DNA of 64,000 nucleotides, taken from assembly GCA_965237675.1 (NCBI GenBank), contig OZ250150.1:3712001-3776000 (forward strand). Direction: 5' to 3'. Below are positions 40,181-49,973 of this stretch, one piece after another; the first letter of the stretch is position 1, and each line of letters starts with the position of its first letter. Made by a program: the position numbers and the translations under genes. The notes under the pieces were generated by a model. That model saw only the letters and a list, made by a program, of their open reading frames with translations. It was not told the origin of the DNA and searched no databases. The stretch comes from Candidatus Latescibacterota bacterium (GTDB lineage Bacteria > Latescibacterota > UBA2968 > GCA-2709665).

Positions 40181-40942
40181 ATGATTAAGTGCGCGGCGAT
40201 CGACGTTTGTGGGGTAAGCAAGGTGTTTGAGAGCGATGCCGGCCGGGTGGTGGCGTTGAAGGACGTGAATTTGCAGGTTCCGCATGGCGCTTTTGTGAGT
40301 GTGATTGGACCCTCGGGTTGCGGAAAGACCAGCCTGATGCGCATTGTCGGTGATCTCGAGGTGCCGACGTCCGGCATGGTTCGGGTGAACGGAAAGATGC
40401 CGGCGGAGGCGAGAAAAGCGCGGGAGATTGGGGTGGTCTTTCAGAGCCCCGCCCTGATGGGCTGGCGTACGGTGGAGGAAAATGTGAGGCTGCCCGGCGA
40501 GATCTTCAACGATACAAAGGTGGGAGCACAGGCCCATGAGATGATTCGGGCCGTGGGGCTGCAGGGGTTCGAGCAGTCCTATCCGAGGCAGCTTTCGGGT
40601 GGCATGCAGTCAAGGGTAGCCATCGCCCGTGCGTTGACCTACCGACCCGACGTATTGTTGATGGATGAACCGTTCGGCGCGCTGGACGAGATGACACGAG
40701 AGAGAATGCAGTTGGAACTGCTGCGTATTTGGAGGGGTGCAAAGCCCGCGGTCCTGTTTATTACCCACAGCATCCCGGAGGCCATTCTGCTATCGGATCG
40801 GGTCGTGGTGATGTCGGCTCGCCCCGGGCGTCTGGTGGGTGACCTGCAGGTAGATTTCCCAAGACCGAGAAACGTGGATCTGCTGGCACGACCGCGTTTC
40901 GTTGAGATGGTGGCGCACCTCAGAACACTGCTGGCGGGTTAG
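40181..40942 (+). CDS. ABC transporter ATP-binding protein (NitT/TauT type)
   Basis: GPSGCGKT, YPRQLSGGMQ, LLMDEPFGALD, FITH, VMSARPG; start set at ATG 40181. Confidence 0.9.
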   Translation: MIKCAAIDVCGVSKVFESDAGRVVALKDVNLQVPHGAFVSVIGPSGCGKTSLMRIVGDLEVPTSGMVRVNGKMPAEARKAREIGVVFQSPALMGWRTVEENVRLPGEIFNDTKVGAQAHEMIRAVGLQGFEQSYPRQLSGGMQSRVAIARALTYRPDVLLMDEPFGALDEMTRERMQLELLRIWRGAKPAVLFITHSIPEAILLSDRVVVMSARPGRLVGDLQVDFPRPRNVDLLARPRFVEMVAHLRTLLAG

Positions 40943-41029
40943 GATCAATTGACCGCCGGGATTGGACTTCCCCACATCCCGAGCGTGCCAGGAACCCGCT
41001 GTTCCGCCATGGAAACGACGCCGATACGA

Positions 41030-42001
41030 TCAGGGAGCCGGTGGCAGCAGATCGGAAACGAAAAGTCTGGCGACGTCGACCTTGCGGTTGACCAGACCCA
41101 GATCGAACAGAACGTTCTGGGTGTGTGACCATCGTTCCGCGGTCTGCGCACCCAGCCCGAAGCGTTCGACGTCCGTGCTCATCAGGATGGGGATGAGTTG
41201 TTCGAAATTGGCCCGGTTGAATGCGGCGTTGCTTTCCGGGCGGTAGGCCATATACGCAGCAACGGCATCCTCCGGGTGATCGATGGCGTATCGCCAGCCT
41301 TTCATACTGGCGCGGACGAATTTCCGTACGACGTCCGGATTGTTTTTTACATAGTCGGTATTGGCAATGATGTTGGTGCTGTACAGGTCGATGCCGTATT
41401 GGGCAAACGCAATACGGGTTACGGCTCTACCCCGGAGCTCAACGGTCACCGGCTGGTCTTCGGTATAACCCAGCATGGCATCGACCTTTCCGGCAAGCAG
41501 GGGGGCGGGACTGGATTCCGTCATTCCCATCAGCTGCACGCGGTCTTCATCGATGCCGACCTTTTTTAGAAAAGCTTGGAATTCTCGATGTTTGGTACCC
41601 CCGATATTGACACCAACCCGTTTGCCGATAAGGTCTTCCGGTTTTCGGATGTCATTCTCTTCCAACGCGTACACGACAACCGGCGAATGCTGGTTGATCA
41701 CGGCCAGCGAGACCACGGGGATGTCTCTCGTGCGCGCCATCACAGTGGCGGAACCACTGGAGATCCCCAGCTGATACTTGCCGCTGCCCACCAGACGTGC
41801 TGTCGTAGGTGCGCCTGTGCCTTCGAGAATTTCAACCGAAATTCCCTCGGCATCGTAGTATCCCTTCGCTTTAGCCATAAAAAAGCCGGCGTGCTCCATC
41901 TGTGCTTTCCAGTCCAGAAGCAACTGGATCTGCTGTGTTGTGTCCGGAGGTCTTCCACAGGCAGACAGAACAGCAAGAACGAGCCAGACCAGGCGGTTCA
42001 T
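41030..42001 (-). CDS. ABC substrate-binding lipoprotein (NMT1/THI5-like)
   Basis: Lipobox LSAC, LLLDW...HAGFFMAKAKGYY, DLIGKRVG, GKVDA; GGAGG RBS. Confidence 0.87.
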   Translation of the reverse strand: MNRLVWLVLAVLSACGRPPDTTQQIQLLLDWKAQMEHAGFFMAKAKGYYDAEGISVEILEGTGAPTTARLVGSGKYQLGISSGSATVMARTRDIPVVSLAVINQHSPVVVYALEENDIRKPEDLIGKRVGVNIGGTKHREFQAFLKKVGIDEDRVQLMGMTESSPAPLLAGKVDAMLGYTEDQPVTVELRGRAVTRIAFAQYGIDLYSTNIIANTDYVKNNPDVVRKFVRASMKGWRYAIDHPEDAVAAYMAYRPESNAAFNRANFEQLIPILMSTDVERFGLGAQTAERWSHTQNVLFDLGLVNRKVDVARLFVSDLLPPAP

Positions 42002-42030
42002 TTGAATCCTCCCGAGTATTTTTACACAGC

Positions 42031-42822
42031 CTATCGGCGGAGTGGATCACGAAAATCGCCCCAGCGTTTGAGCAGGAGCCTTTCCACGCCTTCCACAATC
42101 AGGAAGAGGAGCGTGCCCATCGCGCCCAGTACAATCAACGCGGCGAACATCAGATCCGTAGCCAGTTCGGAGTTGGCCAGCCGCGTGAGATGGCCCAGGC
42201 CGGCGCTGGCGCCCACGAATTCTCCCACGACCGCACCAATAACACTCAGGGTAACGCATATTTTAAGTGCGGCAAAAAGATAAGGAATAGCGTTGGGCAG
42301 GCGAACTTTAATCAGAATCTGGCGCCGACTCGCAGAAAGCGCGCGCATCAGGTCCAGGATGAGCGGGTCCACGGAAAGCAGGCCGCGTGTTGTGTTGATA
42401 ATGACAGGAAAAAAAGAAATGAGCGCGGCGATGATGACCTTGGGGAACAGTCCGAGGCCGAACCAGACGATAAAGAGAGGGGCCAATGCTTCTTTTGGAA
42501 AGGTTTGGGACGAGATGACGATGGGATAGAGCATCCGCTCGATTACGGAAGAGCGAGCCATGATAACGGCGCCGGCGACGCCCGTGGCGCCGCCGAGAAG
42601 AAAGCCCAAGAGCGCTTCCTGCAGAGTCACCCAGGCATGGGACAAAAGCGTGTAGCGTGCCGAGATCAGTTTACCGAGAATTCGTGAGGGCGCCGGCAAA
42701 ATATAGTCGGCAATTTCCCAGACGTACACCAACAGTTCCCATACGCCAAGCGTGAGGAGTACGAATACGAGGGAGAGGCCGTATTCCCGTATCGCAATTC
42801 GAAGGGCTCTGACCAGGATCAC
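42031..42822 (-). CDS. ABC transporter permease (NitT/TauT type)
   Basis: ILPAPS, ALAPLFIVWFG, FFPV, RLPNAIPYLF, GAVVGEF. Confidence 0.9.
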   Translation of the reverse strand: MILVRALRIAIREYGLSLVFVLLTLGVWELLVYVWEIADYILPAPSRILGKLISARYTLLSHAWVTLQEALLGFLLGGATGVAGAVIMARSSVIERMLYPIVISSQTFPKEALAPLFIVWFGLGLFPKVIIAALISFFPVIINTTRGLLSVDPLILDLMRALSASRRQILIKVRLPNAIPYLFAALKICVTLSVIGAVVGEFVGASAGLGHLTRLANSELATDLMFAALIVLGAMGTLLFLIVEGVERLLLKRWGDFRDPLRR

Positions 42823-43196
42823 GGTTCAAACAGAATAACTTGGGCCTGTATGAAACCGGCCTGGTTCTGATATTCCGGGTTTTCGTTCATTGCCATAAAA
42901 AGTGGCCCTTCGTAGGGTGAAAAAAAATCAAAATAGACCCCTGCGGCGAGGGGTGGATTCTCGGGACCGACCCTGCAGATCAGAGCGCCCACATTGGTGC
43001 CAGGCAGCAGATAGTCTTCTCCGGCCAAATTTCCTTCGATTCCGTTGGCGCTGCACCACACGATGGTGGCGGGACGCATTTCGGGCGACCAGATGCCCTC
43101 GGCGGAGATCACGATGCGCTGGTCTCTTTGCACTCGCAGGTACAATTCCTGCCAGATTGCATTTGGTCGAATGGTCTTGTTGATGGTCAGTGGCAT
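42819..43196 (-). CDS. Small beta-sandwich protein, possibly LecA/PA-IL-like
   Basis: W...ISAEGIW, GALICRVG, GPLFMAMNE...YQNQAG resemble PA-IL-type domains; GTGA overlap with the permease start. Confidence 0.5.
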   Translation of the reverse strand: MPLTINKTIRPNAIWQELYLRVQRDQRIVISAEGIWSPEMRPATIVWCSANGIEGNLAGEDYLLPGTNVGALICRVGPENPPLAAGVYFDFFSPYEGPLFMAMNENPEYQNQAGFIQAQVILFEP

Positions 43197-43551
43197 GGGT
43201 TTGTACTCGATTCTGTGTGCGAAAAGGATTTCGCCTTGCCGCTACAAGATAGAGCCTCCCAGCGCCAATGTCAAGCGGGGAGGTCTTCATGCCCCACGTG
43301 TGGCGGCCGGCGTCTTTGGCTTTTGCCGAGGTGTATGGAGAACGTGCGGGACTTGGGCCGGAATCGACTGTTTACCGACAGGCGACTGAAATAGGAAGTG
43401 CTGCCCCGCGGTTGCAGGCTGCCGGGACCCGCACTCTGCCGTTCTGACTTCGCAGGGCCCTGAATGAAACAGGGTAGGCCGCACATGCCTGGACCCTCGC
43501 GGTCTCCTCGATGGCATTCCGGATAGGACGGAAACGACGAAAGGTTGCACG

Positions 43552-45315
43552 ATGGAATTTCATCTGACTCTGGATTTCAGGGACGACTTCACCGCCAGCG
43601 CGATTCCATGGACCGCCGAACGATTCCGGGAATACATACGCCTTGTGGCCGATCTGGGGATGACGGGTATTCACTGGATTGAGATGGGGGACAAGGAGAT
43701 GGGCAAATGGGATCGGGGTTCGTCTACCGATCTCAGGGGCAGAGCCCGCGAGTTCGTGGAGGCTGTTCCCGATCCCCTGGCGTTTCTGTGCGAGGAGGCG
43801 CATCGTGTCGGAATGAAAGTTTACGTTGTGCATAAGATAAACGATATGGCCAGTTTCGGCCCCGGACGGTTTTATCCTCTCGGAACAGCGCCCGACGTGA
43901 TGCCGGGCATTCCCCAGATCGGGGGATCGGGCCAGATGGCATTCCGATGGCTTCGCCGGCATCCGGACCGGCGCGTGGAGATTCACCCTTCGCTAATGGA
44001 AGCCGCGAGCACTCGGAAACCCGTGGGGACCATTCGTTTCTGGCACGAAACCGGTCGCCTCGAAAGGGTTCCGGGCATTGAGATATTTGTGAGTGAGACG
44101 AATGCACGTTACGTTCCCTACAAGGGTACCAGAGAAATCGACGTTTCCGTGCGAAGGCGAAAGCCACCTGTATATACGCCGGCGCCGGAAAGACGTTTCG
44201 GGCAGGAAGGGGATTTTGCCTGCATCGAAATCTCCGGCCTCGAGATATCGCAACCGTTTTTTTGTGTCCGCTTCGCAGATTCAGTCGGTCTTACCAACAC
44301 CCTCGCGGCACTCCTGGAAGTGGAGGACGTGCACGGAGAACCCGTCGTTTTGACGTGGGGATTCTGCCCCCGGTCGGATTATTCGAAATCTCTCGGTTCG
44401 TTTGAAGAAACCGGCATCGGGTTTGACGCCAACTGGCATGTTCCTTTCGAAGACCATCCCGGGGGTGCCGAATGGCAGTATTCGGCGGGAAGGTACCGGC
44501 TGAACGTGGATAAGGTTCCCTTTGTCGGAATTGCCCGCGGCAGAAACCGGTTTCTGTCCTCAGCGGTCGAACTCGGTTATCCTGACGTCAGACGCTGGTT
44601 GCTCGACATCGTTCAGTATGAACTGGACGCGGGCTGCGACGGGGTGGACATTCGGGTGGAATGTCATACACAGAATATGGATTTCGAAAATTACGGATTC
44701 GGGCAACCCATTGTCGAAGCGTTTCGGGATCGATACGGCGTGGATATAACCCGGGAATCATTCGACCGGGGCGCCTGGCGGGCATTGCGGGGAGAATATT
44801 TCGATCTGTTTCTGAAGGAAGCATCTGATCTGATTCGGTCACGTGGAAAAGAACGATGGATACACCTGACCGGATATCCCGGCATGGATCGGCAGCCCCG
44901 GCAGCAGAGCCTCTATCAGAAGTACTGGAACTGGCGGAAATGGTTGGCGGAAGGCTGGGTGGACGTTGTGAATTTCAAGCGATTCCAGGCGAGGGGTCTT
45001 TCACCCGGGCAGCGGGGGGAAATTGACCGTTTCTATCGAAAGGCGCTGAACCACTGCAGGGATCTTGACCTGCGAATGGCCTACACTCCCGATCCGAGAT
45101 ACGAGGGCATGAGCGAGGAGGAATTCGTGGACATGGAACTGCGGAATATCCATCGTATCGCGCGGGACGGATTCGAAATCTACAATTTCTATGAGGGTTG
45201 TACCTACATACGTCTGACTGAACACGGATTCAAAGTCGATGCCGGGAATTTATGGCGAAACGTCCGTGAATGGAGTGAGGCACACAACCACGCACCGGGT
45301 CGTGACGGCTCTTAA
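43552..45315 (+). CDS. Hypothetical glycoside-hydrolase-like TIM-barrel protein (GHL10-like)
   Basis: DPLAFLCEEAHRVGMKV, YPDVRRW, CDGVDI, FRDRYGVD, WRKWLAEGWVD. Confidence 0.55.
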   Translation: MEFHLTLDFRDDFTASAIPWTAERFREYIRLVADLGMTGIHWIEMGDKEMGKWDRGSSTDLRGRAREFVEAVPDPLAFLCEEAHRVGMKVYVVHKINDMASFGPGRFYPLGTAPDVMPGIPQIGGSGQMAFRWLRRHPDRRVEIHPSLMEAASTRKPVGTIRFWHETGRLERVPGIEIFVSETNARYVPYKGTREIDVSVRRRKPPVYTPAPERRFGQEGDFACIEISGLEISQPFFCVRFADSVGLTNTLAALLEVEDVHGEPVVLTWGFCPRSDYSKSLGSFEETGIGFDANWHVPFEDHPGGAEWQYSAGRYRLNVDKVPFVGIARGRNRFLSSAVELGYPDVRRWLLDIVQYELDAGCDGVDIRVECHTQNMDFENYGFGQPIVEAFRDRYGVDITRESFDRGAWRALRGEYFDLFLKEASDLIRSRGKERWIHLTGYPGMDRQPRQQSLYQKYWNWRKWLAEGWVDVVNFKRFQARGLSPGQRGEIDRFYRKALNHCRDLDLRMAYTPDPRYEGMSEEEFVDMELRNIHRIARDGFEIYNFYEGCTYIRLTEHGFKVDAGNLWRNVREWSEAHNHAPGRDGS

Positions 45316-45356
45316 CCACACAACCGCGGTCTCGGCTCAAAAGAGGGGATGCCTGA

Positions 45357-46907
45357 ATGATGCGGAATGAAGTTATCGAAGTGGGATCTGGAAAGCAGTT
45401 GTTCGTGGATTCGAAGTTCGTTGCGTCCAATGAGGGTGTCGCCTTTGTAATGAACCCGCCGTATCAGGCGTACGAACCGGTACTGATGCCGGATCAAACC
45501 TGGGAGCGGCGGCCTGGAGCGAGTTATGGAATTTATAGCAGCATTCTAAAGGACGCAGACGGAAGGATACGCGCCTGGTATCACGTTCGCATCGGCGACT
45601 ACCGTTCCGGTAAAGACGAGGCCCACGTGGCTTACGCCGAGTCCGCCGATGGCATCCATTTCACCAAGCCGGTCCTGGACCTGTTTGAGTCCAACGGAAC
45701 AACGCATAATAACGTTGTCATCCCTGGCGATATAGGAGGAAGTTCCGTGTGGATCGATCCTCACGCACCGCCCGAGGTTCGCTACAAGACCCAGGCGAAA
45801 GTCTATTCGCCGCCCGAGGTATGGGGGCATCTGCACATGCACGGGTCGCCCGACGGGATTCACTGGAAGCTGGTGCGTGACATCGAGCTCAGTCGCGGCG
45901 GGTGGGATACGCAAACTATCGTCTTCTGGGATCCGCCGGTCGGGCGTTACGTAATGTATACCCGACACTGGTTTGCGAAGCGGCACGGGACCGCCGGGGG
46001 AAATTTAAACTACCGGACGGTGCGCAGGCTGGAGTCCGACGACCTGCTTGAATGGGGCAATCAGCGAATTGTAATGCGGCCCGACGACGTGGATATGGAC
46101 ACCTATGAGACGCCCGTTCCCGTTCGACCGGAGGGACCGGAACGCCCTTACGGTCGGGTACCGGTCGACTACTACGGTGCTTCGGTCTTCAAATATCCTG
46201 ACCCTGAGGGTGTGTATGTCATGCTGGCCAACGCAAACTGGTATTGGTACGACCGCGAGCCGATTGTCACCGTCATGCGCGACGATATGGGCGTCGCGCG
46301 TGAAGAGACCCAGAATATCTATGGTCCCAGCCGCTTCGACGCCCGGCTGTCCGTAAGCCGGGACGGCATCAACTTTCAGCGATGCGGCGGGCGCAAGGCC
46401 TTCCTGACGCCCGGCAAGGAGGGGAGTTTCTCTTCCCGCATGGTATGGGCGACGCCGAGTCCCGTACCGATGGGGGACGAGTTGTGGATTTACTACAGCG
46501 GTACAAACAGGGATCACGACGGCCTTGTCGATCCGTCGGCTGGAAGGCATCTCAGCGGTATCGGCCGTGCCGTGATGCGGTTGGATGGATTCGTATCCGC
46601 GGACGCCGACTACGGAGGCGGCGAACTTGTCACACCGGCAATACGATTTGACGGGGCGCAACTGGAATTGAACCTGGATACCGGCGGGGGAGGCTCGGTG
46701 AAGGTGGAGTTGCAGGATCATCAGGGCCGGCCGTTAACCAATTATACCGAATCGGACGCCTCATTCTTGTGCGGCAACTCCGTACGGATGCCCGTGCGGT
46801 GGGGAGAGAAGACGGAGGTCGGCGAGTTGTCGGGGAGGCCGATCAGGATACGCTTTGTCATGCGCGACTGCAAGCTGTATGCGTTTCAATTCACGTCGCC
46901 CGGTTGA
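45357..46907 (+). CDS. Hypothetical beta-propeller glycoside-hydrolase-like protein
   Basis: Asp-box-like repeats YAESADGIHF, SPDGIHW, SRDGINF; DELWIYY; MRLDGFVS; C-terminal beta-sandwich. Confidence 0.6.
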   Translation: MMRNEVIEVGSGKQLFVDSKFVASNEGVAFVMNPPYQAYEPVLMPDQTWERRPGASYGIYSSILKDADGRIRAWYHVRIGDYRSGKDEAHVAYAESADGIHFTKPVLDLFESNGTTHNNVVIPGDIGGSSVWIDPHAPPEVRYKTQAKVYSPPEVWGHLHMHGSPDGIHWKLVRDIELSRGGWDTQTIVFWDPPVGRYVMYTRHWFAKRHGTAGGNLNYRTVRRLESDDLLEWGNQRIVMRPDDVDMDTYETPVPVRPEGPERPYGRVPVDYYGASVFKYPDPEGVYVMLANANWYWYDREPIVTVMRDDMGVAREETQNIYGPSRFDARLSVSRDGINFQRCGGRKAFLTPGKEGSFSSRMVWATPSPVPMGDELWIYYSGTNRDHDGLVDPSAGRHLSGIGRAVMRLDGFVSADADYGGGELVTPAIRFDGAQLELNLDTGGGGSVKVELQDHQGRPLTNYTESDASFLCGNSVRMPVRWGEKTEVGELSGRPIRIRFVMRDCKLYAFQFTSPG

Positions 46908-47210
46908 TTCCGTGAGCTCCGCTGAGGAACTCGCTGAAACAGGTCGGCCCCGACGACCTCGCCAGAGATGTCAGCGAGCGCATTTCCCTTGTGCGAGCCC
47001 GTTTGCGTGTTATCGGATTGGAGGATTAAATGGCAAATTATGAGGTCGTTGTCAAGACCCTCAAACCCATCCTTAAGGGTCCAACCATCCAAAGACCTGG
47101 GGCCAGCCTCTCCATCCTGGTGTCTTTTCCAACGCCCGCATGCAACAAGATCGAAAGGGACGCCGCGGGTCTCAGGCCTCTTGTTCCTTGCAATCGACTC
47201 GGTGAACGAT

Positions 47211-48033
47211 CTACCAGGCATGTTTTTCGAGAAGCGCCTTGCTCTTGAGTACACCCTCGTGATCGTCGGTTTTGCCCTCGTATTCGATACCGTAGGGGTT
47301 GTTGTAGCCTGCCTCCTTGAGGATGCCGAGGGCGGCGGCGCAGTCGATTTCCCGTGATTCTCCGTCCGGGTCGAAACTGAGGAACTTCGCGTGAATCGCC
47401 CAGGCGTACGGGGCGACCCTTCTGAGGTTTTCCAGCTTGTCGTCTTCGGCCGGCCAGTTGAGGAAATCGGCAAGTACGCGGCAGTGGTCGTTTCCGACCG
47501 CGTCCATGATCCGCAGGATGTTGGCCGCCGATACCGATACGCCCCCGTGATTCTCCATCAGCAGTCGGATGCCCGCCTGGGTGCAAAGTTCCGAGAGTTC
47601 GCCAAAGCTGTTGATACACTGTTCAATATGTGTTTCGTTGACGGGTTCACCCCGACCCGGGCCGGTGTTGGCGCGAAACGCGTTGCAACCCAGCGCCAGG
47701 CATGCACCGATCCATTTTCTGTGATTCTCCACGGCTTGTTTGCGTTCCTTTTCGTCTGGAGAAGAAAGGTCGCCGTGGCTGTCCACCGCGATGTTCAGCA
47801 ACCGTACGCCCGAATCCTCCGCGCGTCGACGCAGTTCGACAAGATACCCATCGGCCAGACGACTGGTCGCGGGGCTGTCCGGATCGGCGAAGACAAAGAA
47901 GGGGCTGTTGAGCTCCAACAGACGAATGTCGAATTCTTGCGACGGCAAGAGCGGGAAAGTCGAGGAGACGCAGGGGGTTCTCGGATTGTCTGAACCGACG
48001 ATGAACGCTCCAGCCAGCCAGTGAGATTTCCAT
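47211..48033 (-). pseudogene. Sugar phosphate isomerase/epimerase with an internal frameshift
   Basis: N-terminus MEISLAGWSVHR...LDFPALAV is in one frame; the rest (QEFDI...MENHGG...DFLNW...IHAK...GIEYEG) is in another. One extra base near 47940. Confidence 0.75.
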
Positions 48034-48067
48034 GGGAGTTGCCTCCGTCGTTGGTTTGGGTTTGCAC

Positions 48068-48096
48068 TTGCTTTTGCGGCGGTGTGGGAATATAAT
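48068..48096 (+). promoter_or_regulatory. Putative sigma-70 promoter for ggt
   Basis: TTGCTT-N17-TATAAT. Confidence 0.5.
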
Positions 48097-48261
48097 ATTC
48101 CGCCCCATGCTTTGCGAGCGCTACCTGTTCTTCCGGTCGGCGGCAATGACCGGCGAATGGAAGCGCCAATTCAACGGGTCGCGCAAACCCAACGAAGGAC
48201 GTGTGCGACCGTACTTCCTCCCCAATGCGGATTTTCGCGTGCATTTTCGAAAGGACACCCC

Positions 48262-49830
48262 GTGAAAGGCATGGTTACCGCGCCGCAACCGTTGGCTGTA
48301 GATGCCGGCGTGAAGGTGTTGGCCGATGGCGGGAATGCCGTTGATGCGGTCGTAGCGGCAGCGTTTGTTCAGATGGTGACAACGCCGCGAAGCTGCGGAA
48401 TCGGTGGCTTCGGCATGATGTACATCCATACCCCTGAAACGGAGACGATCCTGGATTTCCACGGAAAGGCCGGTGGGCGGGTTCGACCCGATATGTGGGA
48501 ACGCGAAATCCTTCGAGAGAACACCACGGGATACGGATACACGCTCAGGGGGCAGGTCAACGAACTCGGCTATGGCGCGGTTACAACACCCGGTACGGTG
48601 GCCGGCCTTTACAGAGCCCATGGCAGATTCGGGACCATGTCGTGGCGAGAGATCCTTCAGCCGGGTATCGCGGTTGCAACGGACGGATACGAGGTGACCC
48701 GTACAGAGGCGGCGTCATGGAAACAGATCCCGACTCCCGAGACGACACCGTGGATAACGGTGGCGACGTCGCCCTACGAGGGCGGGGGTGAGTTGATTGC
48801 CAACCCGGATATGGCCAGGACGTTCTCAATTTTGGCCGAGGGTGGGGCCGAGGTTTTCTATCGCGGTGATCTGGCCAGGACAATCGCCGATGACATGGAA
48901 AAGGGCGACGGATTTGTGACCCTCGAAGATCTGGCGAGTTACGAGGTGACGGTTACCCGGCCGTTGTATGTGCAATATCGGGACTATACCGTTGCCTCCA
49001 ACCAGCCTCCAGGCGGAGGACTGACCATTTTACAGATGCTGAAAATTCTCGAGGGTTACAACCTCGCGGACATCGGATACCTGACCCCGGAATACGTGTA
49101 CACCGTTTCCATGGCGATGAAGGCCGCATGGGCAGACCGGGCAAACTGGATCGGGGATCCTGCGTTTGTGGACGTACCGATTGAAGATCTGTTGTGTGAA
49201 AAACGGGCGGTGGCGTGGCGGCGGCGCATCGACGCCCGTGAGAAAATCACCATTCCTCGATGGCACCCGCCGGAGCCGCCGTGCACCACGCATATAACCG
49301 TCGTGGACAGGTGGCGCAACGTGGTCGGCCTGACGCACTCACTGGGATCGGGTTCGGACGTGATCACCCGGGGATTGGGGTTTATGTACAATAACTGTAT
49401 GAATTGTTTCAACCCGGTGCCAGGTTACGTGAACTCCATCGAGCCGGGCAAGTCCAGAACAACCGGTATGGCGCCGACACTGGTGAAATTGGGGGACGAT
49501 CCTTTCTTCAGCGTGGGCGCGCCGGGGGGTACCCGGATTGTGACCGGGATTCTCCACGCCATTCTGAACGTGATCGACCACGGCATGACGGCGACCGAGG
49601 CGATCGCGGCCCCTCGATTTGATTGCCAGAGCGATGTGATTGTCGCCCACTCCAGAATTGCGCCCTCCGTATGTGAAGGCGTACAGGCGATGGGCCACGA
49701 AATCCAGTCTCTGCTGGGCGGCTACGGCGGGATTGCCTCGGTCCATGGCGTTATTCTCGATCCGTCCACGGGAGCCCTCGACGGCGGGGCCGATCCCGGT
49801 TCACCCGGAATGGCGATGGCGGCAATGTGA
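48262..49830 (+). CDS. ggt: Gamma-glutamyltransferase family
   Basis: GGNAVDA, GIGGFG, PGTVAG, FYRG, catalytic TTHITVVD, GAPGG.RI, GGADP. GTG start 48262 after AAGGA. Confidence 0.9.
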   Translation: MKGMVTAPQPLAVDAGVKVLADGGNAVDAVVAAAFVQMVTTPRSCGIGGFGMMYIHTPETETILDFHGKAGGRVRPDMWEREILRENTTGYGYTLRGQVNELGYGAVTTPGTVAGLYRAHGRFGTMSWREILQPGIAVATDGYEVTRTEAASWKQIPTPETTPWITVATSPYEGGGELIANPDMARTFSILAEGGAEVFYRGDLARTIADDMEKGDGFVTLEDLASYEVTVTRPLYVQYRDYTVASNQPPGGGLTILQMLKILEGYNLADIGYLTPEYVYTVSMAMKAAWADRANWIGDPAFVDVPIEDLLCEKRAVAWRRRIDAREKITIPRWHPPEPPCTTHITVVDRWRNVVGLTHSLGSGSDVITRGLGFMYNNCMNCFNPVPGYVNSIEPGKSRTTGMAPTLVKLGDDPFFSVGAPGGTRIVTGILHAILNVIDHGMTATEAIAAPRFDCQSDVIVAHSRIAPSVCEGVQAMGHEIQSLLGGYGGIASVHGVILDPSTGALDGGADPGSPGMAMAAM

Positions 49831-49973
49831 GAATTAAAAGTGGATCGCACCGGCCGTTGCCGGATTTTCCACCTTTGCCGCGGTGCCCGGGCAGGGGTCA
49901 TCATTCTTCCTCAGGGCGGGCGAGATGGTGGTTCATGGTCACATGAGTGGTGACAACAGAGAAAGGAAACCTA

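Noticed and set aside
43385-43500. Cobalamin riboswitch-like fragments (AATAGGAAG, CTGCCCCGC)
   Set aside because: The intervening GGTG-AA-TCC hairpin and the B12 box were not found, and the adjacent genes are not B12-related.
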